From an uncultured bacterium (lineage in GTDB: Bacteria; Patescibacteriota; Minisyncoccia; Phycocordibacterales; GWA1-40-21): 64,000 nt of DNA. The stretch spans positions 303,417 to 367,416 of the forward strand of contig OY970290.1 of assembly GCA_963716205.1 (NCBI GenBank), in the 5' to 3' direction. Made by a program: the position numbers and the translations under genes. Numbering within the stretch: position 1 is the stretch's first letter; each line of letters opens with the position of its first letter. Under the pieces are notes generated by a model. The model was not told the DNA's origin, did not search any database, and worked only from the letters and a program-made list of their open reading frames with translations. This document shows, piece by piece, positions 11,615 through 22,586 of this stretch.

Positions 11615-12082
11615 TTATTTTTTCTTAATTTCTTTTTGCTCAAGTTTTTGCAAAATTTTCATCATGATTTCATTCTGGTTTTCCAAATGAATTAAAATGG
11701 TGTCGATTTCTTTTTCCGCAACCTGATTGAGCTCAAAATCCGCCTGCGCGCGGACATCGGTGTGATATCCCTGTAAATTTTGCCCGACCATGACGATAGG
11801 CAAGAGAATCATCTGGATGAGGTTTGATATAAAAAGCCAGAGCACGAAAGCGGGAAACGGATCAAACCGGAGACTGACCGGCGCGATGATATTCCAGCCG
11901 AGCCAGAGAATTGTCCAGATGATCAATACGTAAAAAAATCCCATGGAACCGACTTTTTTGGTAATCCATGCCGCCAGCTTTTCCGTTTTTGTTAAATGTT
12001 CCATCTGAAGAAGATAAAAATTCCGTACTGATGGTCTTAATTTTCGCAATTCATTTCTCGTGAGTGGTTTTTCATTATTCAT
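11615..12082 (-). CDS. DUF1003-like membrane protein
   Basis: FDPFPAFVLWLFISN...PIVMVGQN motif; start moved to MNNEKP (12082) to avoid overlap with the divergent gene. Confidence 0.8.
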   Translation of the reverse strand: MNNEKPLTRNELRKLRPSVRNFYLLQMEHLTKTEKLAAWITKKVGSMGFFYVLIIWTILWLGWNIIAPVSLRFDPFPAFVLWLFISNLIQMILLPIVMVGQNLQGYHTDVRAQADFELNQVAEKEIDTILIHLENQNEIMMKILQKLEQKEIKKK

Positions 12083-12157
12083 ATTTATAAATTTTATCAC
12101 ATCGCAATATGCAAATCCAGCCAATTTTATTGGACAACGGAAGATTATTTTGAGATA

Positions 12158-13417
12158 ATGGCTTTTACAGTTATGACCAGCGAACATATGAAAAAATATA
12201 AAATAGTTATTCTTTCAACGATATTGACACTTATCGTATTTGGGCTTGGTATTTACGTAGGTAAGACAAGTGGGTATAATTCATCCGGAGAAGTTTTAAA
12301 TATCGTAGATGACGGTTCAGGAACGGTTTCTTCGTCAACAATCGATATGACGCCATTTTGGACTGTGTGGAACACGCTTGATGAAAAATTCGTCCAAACA
12401 CACAAAAATGTAAAAACTCCGACAAACGCCGATAAAATTTACGCTGCGATCCAGGGACTGACATCGGCATACGGAGATCCTTACACAGTATTTATGCCAC
12501 CGTCCGAGAGCACAGATTTCAATACGAATATCAGCGGAGATTTTGAAGGAGTCGGGATGGAACTTGCGCTTGATGATGCCGGCAACATTGTCGTTGTGGC
12601 GCCGCTCAAAGGCACACCGGCTTACGATGCCGGTATCAAGACTGGGGATATTCTTCTTTCTATTGACGGCACTTCGACTGCAAGCATTGATGTTGATACC
12701 GCCGTTGATATGATACGAGGCAAAGCTGGCACGACAGTTGATCTGACTTTTTCCCGAGCCGGACAGGCAAAACCGCTTGATTTCAAATTGGTACGAGCGG
12801 TGATTAATATTCCGACCGTTGATACGGCAACAAAGGGCGATGTTTTTGTTATCAGTCTTTATAATTTTTATGAACCGTCCGCGAGTCAATTTCAAGTGGC
12901 TCTTCGGGAATTTGTCCAATCAGGAAAGAGCAAATTAATTTTGGATCTGCGAGGCAATCCAGGTGGATATTTGGATTCTGCCGTTGATATAGCAAGCTGG
13001 TTTTTGCCACTTGGCGATGTCGTGGTCCGAGAAGATTTTGGTTCGAGCACTCCGGAACAAGTATATCGAAGCAAAGGATATAACGCGTTTAACAGCAATT
13101 TGAAAATGATAATTTTGGTAAATCAAGGTTCAGCATCAGCAGCAGAAATTCTTTCGGGAGCTCTTCAGGAACATGGCATTGCCAAGCTTGTGGGCACAAG
13201 AACATTCGGCAAAGGTTCTGTCCAGGAATTAATGCAGATCACTCCGGACACGTCACTCAAAATAACCATAGCCAGATGGCTGACACCGGACGGTATATCG
13301 ATTTCAGACAACGGACTTACGCCGGATTACAACGTGTCGATGACGGATGCTGATGTCGCCGCTGGAAAAGATCCTCAGATGGACAAAGCGATTTCTCTTC
13401 TTGACGGCACAAATTAA
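12158..13417 (+). CDS. ctpA: S41 family carboxyl-terminal protease with PDZ domain
   Basis: DPYTVF; LDLRGNPGG; SASAAEI; TFGKGSVQ; true start may be 12188. Confidence 0.93.
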   Translation: MAFTVMTSEHMKKYKIVILSTILTLIVFGLGIYVGKTSGYNSSGEVLNIVDDGSGTVSSSTIDMTPFWTVWNTLDEKFVQTHKNVKTPTNADKIYAAIQGLTSAYGDPYTVFMPPSESTDFNTNISGDFEGVGMELALDDAGNIVVVAPLKGTPAYDAGIKTGDILLSIDGTSTASIDVDTAVDMIRGKAGTTVDLTFSRAGQAKPLDFKLVRAVINIPTVDTATKGDVFVISLYNFYEPSASQFQVALREFVQSGKSKLILDLRGNPGGYLDSAVDIASWFLPLGDVVVREDFGSSTPEQVYRSKGYNAFNSNLKMIILVNQGSASAAEILSGALQEHGIAKLVGTRTFGKGSVQELMQITPDTSLKITIARWLTPDGISISDNGLTPDYNVSMTDADVAAGKDPQMDKAISLLDGTN

Positions 13418-13435
13418 ATCGACTAGTATAAAAAT

Positions 13436-13882
13436 ATGAAAATAATATTATTGAAAGATGCGAAAAAGATCGGCAAGAAATACGAGATGAAAGAGGTCGC
13501 GGACGGTTACGCTATCAATTCGCTTATTCCGAGCGGGATGGCAGTGCCGGCAACTTCAAGCTACATAAAGTTTGTTGAAGCAAAGAAAAAACAGGATGGC
13601 GTCATGAAAGAGGAGTTTAAGAAAGCATTTGAGTATGCTCTGACAAAACTGCCAAATGGAAAGCTTCATATCAGTGGAAAAGTGAACGACAAAGGACATT
13701 TGTTTGCCGGCATTCAGAAAGATCAAATTATTGAGGAATTCAAAAAGGAAACTGGTATAATGCTTTCAGACGAACATTTTGAACTCGAGAAGCCATTGAA
13801 AGAAATAGGTGAGCATATCATAGAAATAAAGATAGAGGACCAAACATACAAACTCGTTGTTTTTGTAAAAGCAGAAGAATAA
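13436..13882 (+). CDS. rplI: 50S ribosomal protein L9
   Basis: MKIILLKD...VADGYAIN; GHLFAGI; PLKEIGEH. Confidence 0.95.
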   Translation: MKIILLKDAKKIGKKYEMKEVADGYAINSLIPSGMAVPATSSYIKFVEAKKKQDGVMKEEFKKAFEYALTKLPNGKLHISGKVNDKGHLFAGIQKDQIIEEFKKETGIMLSDEHFELEKPLKEIGEHIIEIKIEDQTYKLVVFVKAEE

Positions 13883-13933
13883 AAATAAATTAAAAAGCTG
13901 CGCCCTTTGGGCGCAGCTTTTTAATTTATTTTT
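13881..13933. terminator. Bidirectional terminator between rplI and rpmA
   Basis: aaaaataaattaaaaagctgcgccc-ttt-gggcgcagctttttaatttattttt. Confidence 0.85.
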
Positions 13934-14205
13934 TAGATTACATTTACAATATTTCTCCTCGTCACTGTGGAATCAAAATTATTTTTTCTCTTTGTTTTGA
14001 ATTCGACGGTGCCATTTGCAAGCGCGAAAAGCGTGTGATCTTTGCCGACACCAACATTCTTGCCAGCAAGAGTATCTCTACCTTTTTGTCTTATGATGAT
14101 TTGTCCGGTTTTTATAGCTTCGCCACTATTGATTTTCACGCCAAGATACCGTGGATTGGAATCTCTCCCGTTTTTTGATGCGCCAGCTGCTTTCTTGTGT
14201 GCCAT
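13933..14205 (-). CDS. rpmA: 50S ribosomal protein L27
   Basis: [16 protein letters not shown]; GKDHTLFA. Confidence 0.98.
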   Translation of the reverse strand: MAHKKAAGASKNGRDSNPRYLGVKINSGEAIKTGQIIIRQKGRDTLAGKNVGVGKDHTLFALANGTVEFKTKRKNNFDSTVTRRNIVNVI

Positions 14206-14837
14206 TGTATTTTTATTGAATTAAAATCATCCCTTTTTCCCGAGATGTCTGATATAATCTTTACGAAATGAGTATAAAAGATTTTACCAGAAAAATCAAG
14301 CCTTTTTTGAGCGCGACAAAAATGAGGTTCATTGATATTAAAAATAAGGGAACTATATACTTAATTACCCTAGTTAAATGACTTTGAATAAATAAAGCGA
14401 AACTAGAATCAAAATTATCACAACAAGCTAAGAAAAAATAATATGGAAAAAGAAAAGAATGAATTGTCAGAGTTATTTGACAAAGCAACACCAAAATAGA
14501 AGAAAGCAATGATTGGTCATTTAGTAGCTCGCGCACAAGAAAAAATGGACAATCCATATGCTGAATTAGTGAAACACAATCGCAAGATATTATACACATG
14601 GATTGCGACGATTGCTGCTGCAAAGTCTGCTGGTCTGACGCCAGCGGCAAATTGTTCCTGATTAAATTAAAATCTTGAAAAGTTAACAGTCAAAAAACAT
14701 GAGCAAATTTATAAAATAACGGCTAATTAGAGCCATATTTTGTATTTGACTATAGTCAAAAATAGTGGTCTAACTATTGACAGTTTAATTCAGATATGCT
14801 AACATATTGAAGTCAGCCAAGTAAGGCTGATTTTATT

Positions 14838-15323
14838 ATGATGGAACTTATAACAACGTCGTTTTTCGTCTTCTCATCAATCTACGGAGGACCGACAGGA
14901 GCTGTAGCTGATAATTCAGCTGCAAGCACTGACGTAACCCCGACAGTAGCAATAGAAGCCACTACGACCATACCGACAAACGAAGGAATAAAAGCGCAAG
15001 CTGAAGCGTACTTCAAAGATACGCCAATTCTCGCCGATATAGCCTTTTGCGAATCAAGCTTTAGGCAATATGACGCGAATGGCAACGTTTTGAAAGGCGT
15101 AGTCAACAAAGGCGACGTGGGTGTCATGCAAATCAACAAATATTATCAAGGAAGTAAAGCTAAAGCCCTTGGTGATGATCTCAACACGTCTGAAGGCAAT
15201 ATGGCTTATGCAAAATACCTTTATGAAAAGGAAGGCACAAAACCATGGGATTCATCATCAGATTGTTGGAAAGGAGATGAAGCGTCAATTGCAACTTCAA
15301 CTAATTTAGTCGCAATGAGATAA
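14838..15323 (+). CDS. Secreted lysozyme-fold / lytic transglycosylase-like protein
   Basis: IAFCESS catalytic-Glu motif; GVMQIN; PW..S..CW. Confidence 0.75.
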   Translation: MMELITTSFFVFSSIYGGPTGAVADNSAASTDVTPTVAIEATTTIPTNEGIKAQAEAYFKDTPILADIAFCESSFRQYDANGNVLKGVVNKGDVGVMQINKYYQGSKAKALGDDLNTSEGNMAYAKYLYEKEGTKPWDSSSDCWKGDEASIATSTNLVAMR

Positions 15324-15341
15324 AAAACAAGATTATAAATT

Positions 15342-15371
15342 AATAAAAACTCCCGAAAGGGAGTTTTTATT
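15342..15371. terminator. Bidirectional terminator
   Basis: aataaaaactcc-cgaaag-ggagtttttatt. Confidence 0.8.
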
Positions 15372-15478
15372 TTACAAAGGGGAATATAGGTATAGAAATT
15401 ATAAGCATGTCGCACAATATATCTTTGCGGTACTATATCTAGAGTATGAGAAAACTAACCATTTATTTAATACCATGT

Positions 15479-15727
15479 TTATTTTCCCAATCCGGCTTTT
15501 ATTCCATTCCAGAGAACGCCAATGATAAGTGTATTCCAGAACCACATGACGGGGCCAGAAATCCATCCCCAAATAGTTTGTAGTATGCTCCAAAACCAAG
15601 CAAAATTTGCCTGCACAGGCTGAGAATGAATCACGTTGTTAATATTAACGCCAAAATAGCCCAAAACGATGAGTATGACGACAATAATGATTATGTCCAT
15701 GATCAATCCTCCTTTGTTATATTTCAT
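15479..15727 (-). CDS. Small membrane protein, unknown function
   Basis: Hydrophobic N-terminal helix plus Trp-rich amphipathic segment. Confidence 0.65.
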   Translation of the reverse strand: MKYNKGGLIMDIIIIVVILIVLGYFGVNINNVIHSQPVQANFAWFWSILQTIWGWISGPVMWFWNTLIIGVLWNGIKAGLGK

Positions 15728-15778
15728 AAGAATTTATTTAAATGGATAAAATAACCTTTCTAGCATTATATCACAAAT

Positions 15779-17128
15779 TTATTGTAAAGCATCTATCGCA
15801 GATTTAATTCTTTTTAGCGATTCTTCTTTACCAAGGACAGTAAGCAAGGTAAAGGGATCGGAGGATTTTTCTTTTCCTGAAAGGGAAACGCGAAGCGGCC
15901 AGAGAACATTCCCTCTTCCGTTTTCTTCGGCAAATGGCATAAGTATTTTTTTAAGTGCATCAGCAGAAGAAAAAGCAGAAAAATCAGATGCTTTTTCAAG
16001 TAAAACAAGGACGGATCGCAGATTTTCCTCCGCTTCTTTTTCCGTTCCGCCTTTTTTCCAAACAACCATCCCTTTTTGGATTTTTGGTGCTTCAAAGAAA
16101 TATTGGACTTCCCCATCGGTTACCATTGTATCAATATTAGAAAAAACATTTATTCTGTCGACAATGATGGGCGCAATTTTTTCAATGATTTTTTCATCCT
16201 GATATTCTTTCGGGAATCTTTTAATAATTTCCTCAATAATTTTTTCTATTGGAAGCTTTTTAATATATTCTTTATTTATCCACAAAAGTTTTTCTTTGTT
16301 GAAAATTGCACCGGCTTTCTGGACTTTCATAATGTCAAATTTTTCTATGATCTCATCCATAGACAGTAATTCCTCGGTTCCGCCCGGATTCCATCCGCAA
16401 AAAGCCAGAAAGTTCACCATTGCTTCTGGCAAATATCCTTGCTTGCGATAATATTTGAGAGATACCAATTCCCCCTCTTTTCTTTTTGAAAGTTTTGATC
16501 TGTCAGAGTTTAAAATAAAAGGCATGTGAGCATAAACAGGTCGAGGCGCGTTAATTGCTTCCTGTATCAAAATTTGCCTCGGAGTGTTATATATTCCATC
16601 TTCACCACGGATGACATGATTGACTCCCATCTCAAAATCATCGACAACGACGGCAAAATGATAGATCGGTTCACTGACGGACTTTGCAATGACAAAATCT
16701 CCGAGCTCAGTTGTGTCCACGGTAACATCTCCACGGATCATATCAGTAAAGGTAATTTTTTTGCCTGGATTTTTCAGGCGAATAACTTCTGCCCGCTGTC
16801 CCTCCTTTTTAACTTCTTCTTTTGAAATATACGCTTTATCTTCGGCAATGATTTTTTCCAGATATTTTTTATATGTTTCTGAATGTTCAGACTGCTTGTA
16901 AATGTGATTAAAATCTATATCAATACCAAGCCATTTCAGACCCTCAATAATATCATCGGCATATTCTTTCTTTGACCGTTCGCGATCAGTGTCTTCAAGA
17001 CGGAAAAGTAAAGTGCCGTTATTTTTTTTTACAAAAAAGTAATTGAAAAGGGCTGTTCTGGCATTACCAATATGAAACCATCCGGTTGGGCTTGGTGGAA
17101 ACCGAGCAATGATTTTTTGTTTTTCCAT
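15779..17128 (-). CDS. gltX: Glutamate--tRNA ligase
   Basis: RFPPSPTGWFHIGNARTALFN; RLEDTD; HVIRGED; KLSKR. Confidence 0.96.
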   Translation of the reverse strand: MEKQKIIARFPPSPTGWFHIGNARTALFNYFFVKKNNGTLLFRLEDTDRERSKKEYADDIIEGLKWLGIDIDFNHIYKQSEHSETYKKYLEKIIAEDKAYISKEEVKKEGQRAEVIRLKNPGKKITFTDMIRGDVTVDTTELGDFVIAKSVSEPIYHFAVVVDDFEMGVNHVIRGEDGIYNTPRQILIQEAINAPRPVYAHMPFILNSDRSKLSKRKEGELVSLKYYRKQGYLPEAMVNFLAFCGWNPGGTEELLSMDEIIEKFDIMKVQKAGAIFNKEKLLWINKEYIKKLPIEKIIEEIIKRFPKEYQDEKIIEKIAPIIVDRINVFSNIDTMVTDGEVQYFFEAPKIQKGMVVWKKGGTEKEAEENLRSVLVLLEKASDFSAFSSADALKKILMPFAEENGRGNVLWPLRVSLSGKEKSSDPFTLLTVLGKEESLKRIKSAIDALQ

Positions 17129-17179
17129 TGTGAAATTATAGCATATTTCACCAGATTTTTAATGTTTTTTTATTACCTT

Positions 17180-18292
17180 TTATTCAAAGGTAAAAACAAC
17201 AATTTCCGAATTGCTGCCGACTCGCATGGGCGGTCCCCATGTGCCGACACCGCTTGAAGTATAAACCTGCATTTTTTTGAATACATGAAAACCATATACA
17301 AATTTACCATAAATAATTTTGGCAATTAGGCTCAAGGGCCAGATTTGCGCTTTGTGAGTATGTCCGGAAATCTGAAATGAAATGCCGGCATGCGCCGCCA
17401 CCTCGATATCTTTTGGATCATGTTTGAGAAGAATGGATGGTTTATGCGGATCAAATGATATTGTGGCAAGAATCTTTTTAAATTCATTTTTATGAGAAAC
17501 GGTGCGATAATCAACGCCGATAATTTGCACACCGTCGATTTCAACCATTTCGTCTAGCAGTGTGTGAATATTTGCTAATTTGATAGCTTCGATAAATTTG
17601 CTATTGTCTCCGAATTCCTCATGATTGCCGGTAATGAAATATGTTCCAAGCGGAGCGTTCAAATTTTGAAGCGGTAGTACGGCTTTAATCAAATCCGGCG
17701 CTTGAGTGCCGTCATAGAGATCACCGCCGATAAAAACAATATCGTGCTGAATGTTATTTATCATTTCAACAATTTTTTGTGTAAAGAGATTATCATATAA
17801 TTGTCCGACATGCAGGTCACTGATCCATATCGCTCTTTTCCCATGCCATTGTTTTGGTAAGTTTGGCAGCTGTACAGTAATATTTTTTATGATGATTTTT
17901 CCTGCATGGAAAATTCCGTAGATGCTGAAAAACAAAGCAGTGCAGAGAAGGATTTTTCCTATTATCACATACAATTGCCCAGTCAGCATAAAAAGAAATC
18001 CATAAAGCGCGGAAACAAGAAACACATAGGTAAAAAATCCCATCCATAGTGATGAGATAAGATAATATAAACGCGTAAACGGATTGTATGCCCGCATGCC
18101 GAGGACACTGGAAATAATAAAACTTGCCGAAAGAATGCCAAGAATAAAAATAAGAATACTAGTATGAACAATTCCAAAAATAGTTATGAGTGCCAAATAG
18201 ACGACATAATTTGCAATATATAAGAACAGGGAAATAATAAGAAAAAATAACAATGCCGATTTGGAACTATTTGATAAAAATTTATTTTTCAT
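17180..18292 (-). CDS. Membrane-bound calcineurin-like metallophosphoesterase (YkuE/YaeI-like)
   Basis: N-terminal TMs; SDLH, GGDLYD, GNHE, SGHTH motifs. Confidence 0.9.
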   Translation of the reverse strand: MKNKFLSNSSKSALLFFLIISLFLYIANYVVYLALITIFGIVHTSILIFILGILSASFIISSVLGMRAYNPFTRLYYLISSLWMGFFTYVFLVSALYGFLFMLTGQLYVIIGKILLCTALFFSIYGIFHAGKIIIKNITVQLPNLPKQWHGKRAIWISDLHVGQLYDNLFTQKIVEMINNIQHDIVFIGGDLYDGTQAPDLIKAVLPLQNLNAPLGTYFITGNHEEFGDNSKFIEAIKLANIHTLLDEMVEIDGVQIIGVDYRTVSHKNEFKKILATISFDPHKPSILLKHDPKDIEVAAHAGISFQISGHTHKAQIWPLSLIAKIIYGKFVYGFHVFKKMQVYTSSGVGTWGPPMRVGSNSEIVVFTFE

Positions 18293-19412
18293 GTTTCAAT
18301 CCAAGATTCAATATTTCTTTTGCAATAAGCTCAGCAGCGTCGGTTTTGACAAAACTTTTTGCGCCATCTGACATCTTTTTCATGATTGCTACGTCATCCA
18401 TAATTCTTTTTATTTCTGCAAGCAGAATATGCGGAGACAGATTCCCCTCTTCAATAACCGTCGCTCCGCCGGATCTGGCGTAATAATAGGCGTTTTTTCT
18501 CTGATGATCACCATTTGAATCGGTAATCGGTATGACGATGCTCGGAATTCCCCAGTTGGCGATTTCAAAAATAGTCGAGCCGGCTCTCGTTATGGTGAGA
18601 TTTGCGACTCCGGCAGCCATGCTCATGTTGAGATTATCCAAATAATCAAATGGTCGGTAATGATCTTTATGCAGATTGTCGCCGAGCACAGTGTTTGCGA
18701 GTGCAATCGTTTCTTCCATGTTATTTTTGCCAATTTGATGAATGACATAATATTCTGCGACAAGATCCGGAAGAATGGTCACAATATTTTCGTTGATGAT
18801 TTTGGCGCCGAGCGAACCGCCGAGCACAAGGATAACAGGAATATTATCTTTGAGATTCAAAAATTGGTGAGCAGCTGAAGGCGTCTGTGCCAGTAAAATA
18901 TTTTTCCTTACCGGATTGCCAGTGACAGCGACTTTTTTCGTATCAAAAAATTGTGCAGCATCAGGATACGATACAGCAATTCTTTTTGCAAACTTCCCCG
19001 CCCAAAGATTTGTCCTTCCGGGAACCGAATCTGATTCATGGATGATGACCGGTATGCCAAAAAATCTTGCTGCGACAAGCACAGGGAAACTGGTATATGC
19101 TCCTTTACTGAAGATAACATCAGGAAAAATAGTAAAAACTTTTATCATTGCCGAGACAATGCCGCCGAATGTTTTGAATATGTCAAAAAAATTTAATAAT
19201 GAAAAATATCTTCGAGCTTTACCGGCAGAGATTTTTATAAATTGAATATTGTTTTCAACAAGCATATCGGCGTCATGCGGCGCGTCCGAGATATAAAAAA
19301 GCTCCACTGGAAGCAGTTTTTCATCTTTGACTATTTTGTTTATTTCTTCCGCAACTGCGATTAGAGGGTAGAAATGCCCTCCTGATCCGCCGCCTGTTAA
19401 AAGTATTTTCAT
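18282..19412 (-). CDS. murG: Lipid II GlcNAc transferase MurG
   Basis: TGGGSGGHFYP; HESD; GNPVR; GGSLGA; HQRKNA. Confidence 0.96.
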   Translation of the reverse strand: MKILLTGGGSGGHFYPLIAVAEEINKIVKDEKLLPVELFYISDAPHDADMLVENNIQFIKISAGKARRYFSLLNFFDIFKTFGGIVSAMIKVFTIFPDVIFSKGAYTSFPVLVAARFFGIPVIIHESDSVPGRTNLWAGKFAKRIAVSYPDAAQFFDTKKVAVTGNPVRKNILLAQTPSAAHQFLNLKDNIPVILVLGGSLGAKIINENIVTILPDLVAEYYVIHQIGKNNMEETIALANTVLGDNLHKDHYRPFDYLDNLNMSMAAGVANLTITRAGSTIFEIANWGIPSIVIPITDSNGDHQRKNAYYYARSGGATVIEEGNLSPHILLAEIKRIMDDVAIMKKMSDGAKSFVKTDAAELIAKEILNLGLKHEK

Positions 19413-19416
19413 TGTT

Positions 19417-20517
19417 TTAAAGTTTCTCGAATGTTGAAATATTCAGAACAATTCCCAATTCGGCAAGCATAACAAGCATTGATGTTCCGCCTTGGCTGAA
19501 AAAAGCAAGAGGAATTCCGGAAAAAGGAACGATGCCGATTGTCGAACCGATATTCACGAATGACTGGATTGCTATGATTATAACAATTCCAACGACCAAA
19601 AGTCCACTGAAAGAATCCGGCGCTTTGACAGCTATGCGAAATCCCCGGAATATGAAAAAAAGCAACAGAGCGATAACGGTGACACAACCGACGAAACCGA
19701 GCTCTTCGCCGAGTACGGCAAAAATCGAATCGCTGACTGATTCGGGAAGAAAATTATATTTTTGAATGCTTTGCCCAAGACCTCTGCCAAAAAATTCGCC
19801 TGAACCGATTGCAATCAGAGATTGCTGGACCTGATAACCGGAGGTCAGGACGTTTTCCGATGGATGAACATATGTTTCGATTCGGGACATGACATACGGC
19901 CGGACGAGTGCGATCGCACTAATGCCAATTAATCCGATAATACCGAGAACAACAATATGCCTGAATTTGCCCCCAGCGGCGAGAAGCATAATGATTCCCG
20001 CAAGGCAAATAATCAAAAAGGAATCTGTGTCCGGCTGAAGCAAAAGCGGCACGCCGATGATGCCCAAAATAACGAGAAGCGGCAACAAGCCGAATTTGAT
20101 GCTTGAGACTTTATCTTTGGCAGACGAAAGCCACGCCGCCCAGTATGTCACAAAGCCGATATTCAAAAGTGCGACGGGCTGAAACGAAAGTCCGGCGAGA
20201 ATGATCCATCTTCGTGCACCGTTGATCCGTGCTCCGATATGCGGAATAAAAACAGCACAGGTGACTGCAAGCGAAATGAGAAAAATGACAAAGGCGTATT
20301 TTTTAAAAAATTTATACGGTATTTTTGAAAAGAGAAAACACGCCAGAAGTCCGAGGATGATACCGAAGAATGCTTGTTTAAATGCGGTCGCACCGAATTC
20401 GGCACTACTTGTCGCCAAAAGCCCCATGGATGCGGACATAAAAATAATAAAGCCGAATACTACAAGTCCGAAGATTGAAAAAAGAAATATTTTGTCTACG
20501 CTAGAATTTCTCGACAT
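19417..20517 (-). CDS. ftsW: SEDS peptidoglycan glycosyltransferase FtsW
   Basis: GARRWI; LLQPD; GYQVQQS; GEELG; SQGGTS; lies between mraY and murG. Confidence 0.92.
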   Translation of the reverse strand: MSRNSSVDKIFLFSIFGLVVFGFIIFMSASMGLLATSSAEFGATAFKQAFFGIILGLLACFLFSKIPYKFFKKYAFVIFLISLAVTCAVFIPHIGARINGARRWIILAGLSFQPVALLNIGFVTYWAAWLSSAKDKVSSIKFGLLPLLVILGIIGVPLLLQPDTDSFLIICLAGIIMLLAAGGKFRHIVVLGIIGLIGISAIALVRPYVMSRIETYVHPSENVLTSGYQVQQSLIAIGSGEFFGRGLGQSIQKYNFLPESVSDSIFAVLGEELGFVGCVTVIALLLFFIFRGFRIAVKAPDSFSGLLVVGIVIIIAIQSFVNIGSTIGIVPFSGIPLAFFSQGGTSMLVMLAELGIVLNISTFEKL

Positions 20518-20518
20518 A

Positions 20519-21592
20519 TTAAATTTTTATCAGCGCCAAAATAATGCCGAACACGGCGCAGATGATACTGACAATCCAATACCGCATCGTCACTTTATAT
20601 CCTGGCCAGCCAACAGCTTCAAAATGGTGATGGAGCGGCGCGATGAGAAAAACTTTTTTCCCACTCCTAAATTTTTTTGAAAAAACCTGAATGATGACGG
20701 ACAGTGTTGTAATAATAAGCGGTAAAGCTATGACAGGCAGAACCGTGATTCCTCTGCCGTTACCGAGCGAGTCGGTCATAAACGCTACGACGGCGATGGT
20801 AATCGTCAGCGCCATACTTCCCGTTTCTGACATGTAAAATCGAGCTGGTGGAATGTTAAACCATAAGAATGCAAGAATTGATCCGATAATGACCGCACAA
20901 AAAGCCGCCAAATTTATTTGATTCTGGAAAAAAGCAATGACCGCATATGCCGCAAAAATCGAACCGAACACTCCCGCAGAAAGTCCGTCAATGCCGTCGA
21001 TCACTCCGCCGGAATAAATAAGAAGTGTGACAAGAATAAATATTGGTATAAAAAATATCCCAGTATTAAGGACTCCCATAAACGGAATGCTAACGGAATG
21101 AACATCAAGCTTGAAATAAAACCAGAGAGAAATAAAAAAAGAAATGATAGTGACCAGGAAAAGACGTTTTTTCAGCGAAAGCCCGCCGGCATAATTTCCT
21201 CCCGTTCCTCTGATTTCAAGAATGTCATCAACGAATCCGACCAGAGCCCCGAACAGAAGAACAAATAAAGGAATCCACGTTTGCCCTCTGCTCAAAAAAT
21301 CTAGTTTTGAAAATGTGCCATCAAAAATTTTCCCCAGTATCCAAAAAAGCACAATGGTGATGACCGCGGAAAGCCAAATGACAATGCCACCCATTCTTGG
21401 CGTACTGACTTCTTTTTCCGCATGCAAGCTGTTGAAAATAGGCGTGCCTCCGCCGGAAAGAGAAACCGTTTTCACTTTTTTCTTCCACATTTTGTGTTTG
21501 TAAAGAAAACGGGTCAAAACCGGAGTGCAAGCCATTCCGATAAGAAAAGCGATGACGGATGGCAGTATGACTTTAATGAGATTAATCTGCAT
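20519..21592 (-). CDS. mraY: Phospho-N-acetylmuramoyl-pentapeptide transferase
   Basis: TPRMGG; GFVDD; DGIDGL; PARFYM; APLHHHFE. Confidence 0.95.
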   Translation of the reverse strand: MQINLIKVILPSVIAFLIGMACTPVLTRFLYKHKMWKKKVKTVSLSGGGTPIFNSLHAEKEVSTPRMGGIVIWLSAVITIVLFWILGKIFDGTFSKLDFLSRGQTWIPLFVLLFGALVGFVDDILEIRGTGGNYAGGLSLKKRLFLVTIISFFISLWFYFKLDVHSVSIPFMGVLNTGIFFIPIFILVTLLIYSGGVIDGIDGLSAGVFGSIFAAYAVIAFFQNQINLAAFCAVIIGSILAFLWFNIPPARFYMSETGSMALTITIAVVAFMTDSLGNGRGITVLPVIALPLIITTLSVIIQVFSKKFRSGKKVFLIAPLHHHFEAVGWPGYKVTMRYWIVSIICAVFGIILALIKI

Positions 21593-21640
21593 TGTGCTGT
21601 CGATTATAGAACTTTTTGGCGGAAAAAACCAGTATGAATA

Positions 21641-22576
21641 TTATTTAGAAAGTTTTTCAAATGTTACGTGCACCAGCTGTTCCATATCGCTAAATCTGCC
21701 GTCTTCCGTCGAACCAAGCACAACGATGATAACTGGATGTTCAATTCCGGCGTCAAAGGCAATGGCAAGATTTCCTCCGGCAAGATCCGTGTAGCCAGTT
21801 TTTGATGCAATCAATCCCGGGATTTTATCTACAAGTGTGTCGGTATTGATTGCGAGATGCCGAATATTGCTTTCGGAAATAAAGTCTTCTGCGCTTTCCG
21901 TCGTTTTTGATATGAGCTGCGGATAAGCAGTCAAAATTTTATCAAGAAGCAGACTGACATCGTATGCCGAACTATACGCACCGCTTGTCGTGGCATTGAG
22001 ATCAAGTCCGGATTCATTGAAAAAAATCGTATCAGTGAGTCCGAGTTCGCGCGCTTTTTGGTTCATCAAATCGATTGTCGTCGAACCGTTTCCGCCCAGA
22101 TAGGAATTCAGCGCATCAGAAAGCGCATAGATTCCGGTATTGGAAGACATGATAAGGCTGAAATTCAGAAGATTTTCAGCTTCCCATTTTTCACCGGCAA
22201 AAAGACCGTTCGTATCCTCGCCTCGGATTAAATCATTTTCTGTAACAGTTACCGTACTTGTCGCCGGCAGAGTGGTGGAAATAATCAATCCGGACATGAG
22301 CTTTGTAATCGAAGCGAGCGGAAGTTCCTCATGTTCGTTTTTAGCAAATAAAACTTTTTTCTCGCTCATATCATAGACATAAAAAGATTTTGCCAGGACA
22401 GCGGCGAGCTCCGGCGAGTAATCATGGGCTTCCTGCGCAGGTTGCTGCGGTTTTTGCCGAATGCTTCCAAAAATTCTCACACCCAGAATAACAAGAATGA
22501 TGGCAAGCAAAAAAAAGACGATAAACAAAATTCTTTTATTCCTCTTTGAAAGTTTTTTTTTATAGGTATACATCAC
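21641..22576 (-). CDS. D-alanyl-D-alanine carboxypeptidase (peptidase S11)
   Basis: SxxK (ASITK), SSN, KTG motifs; N-terminal TM. Confidence 0.9.
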   Translation of the reverse strand: MMYTYKKKLSKRNKRILFIVFFLLAIILVILGVRIFGSIRQKPQQPAQEAHDYSPELAAVLAKSFYVYDMSEKKVLFAKNEHEELPLASITKLMSGLIISTTLPATSTVTVTENDLIRGEDTNGLFAGEKWEAENLLNFSLIMSSNTGIYALSDALNSYLGGNGSTTIDLMNQKARELGLTDTIFFNESGLDLNATTSGAYSSAYDVSLLLDKILTAYPQLISKTTESAEDFISESNIRHLAINTDTLVDKIPGLIASKTGYTDLAGGNLAIAFDAGIEHPVIIVVLGSTEDGRFSDMEQLVHVTFEKLSK

Positions 22577-22586
22577 TTTTATATAG

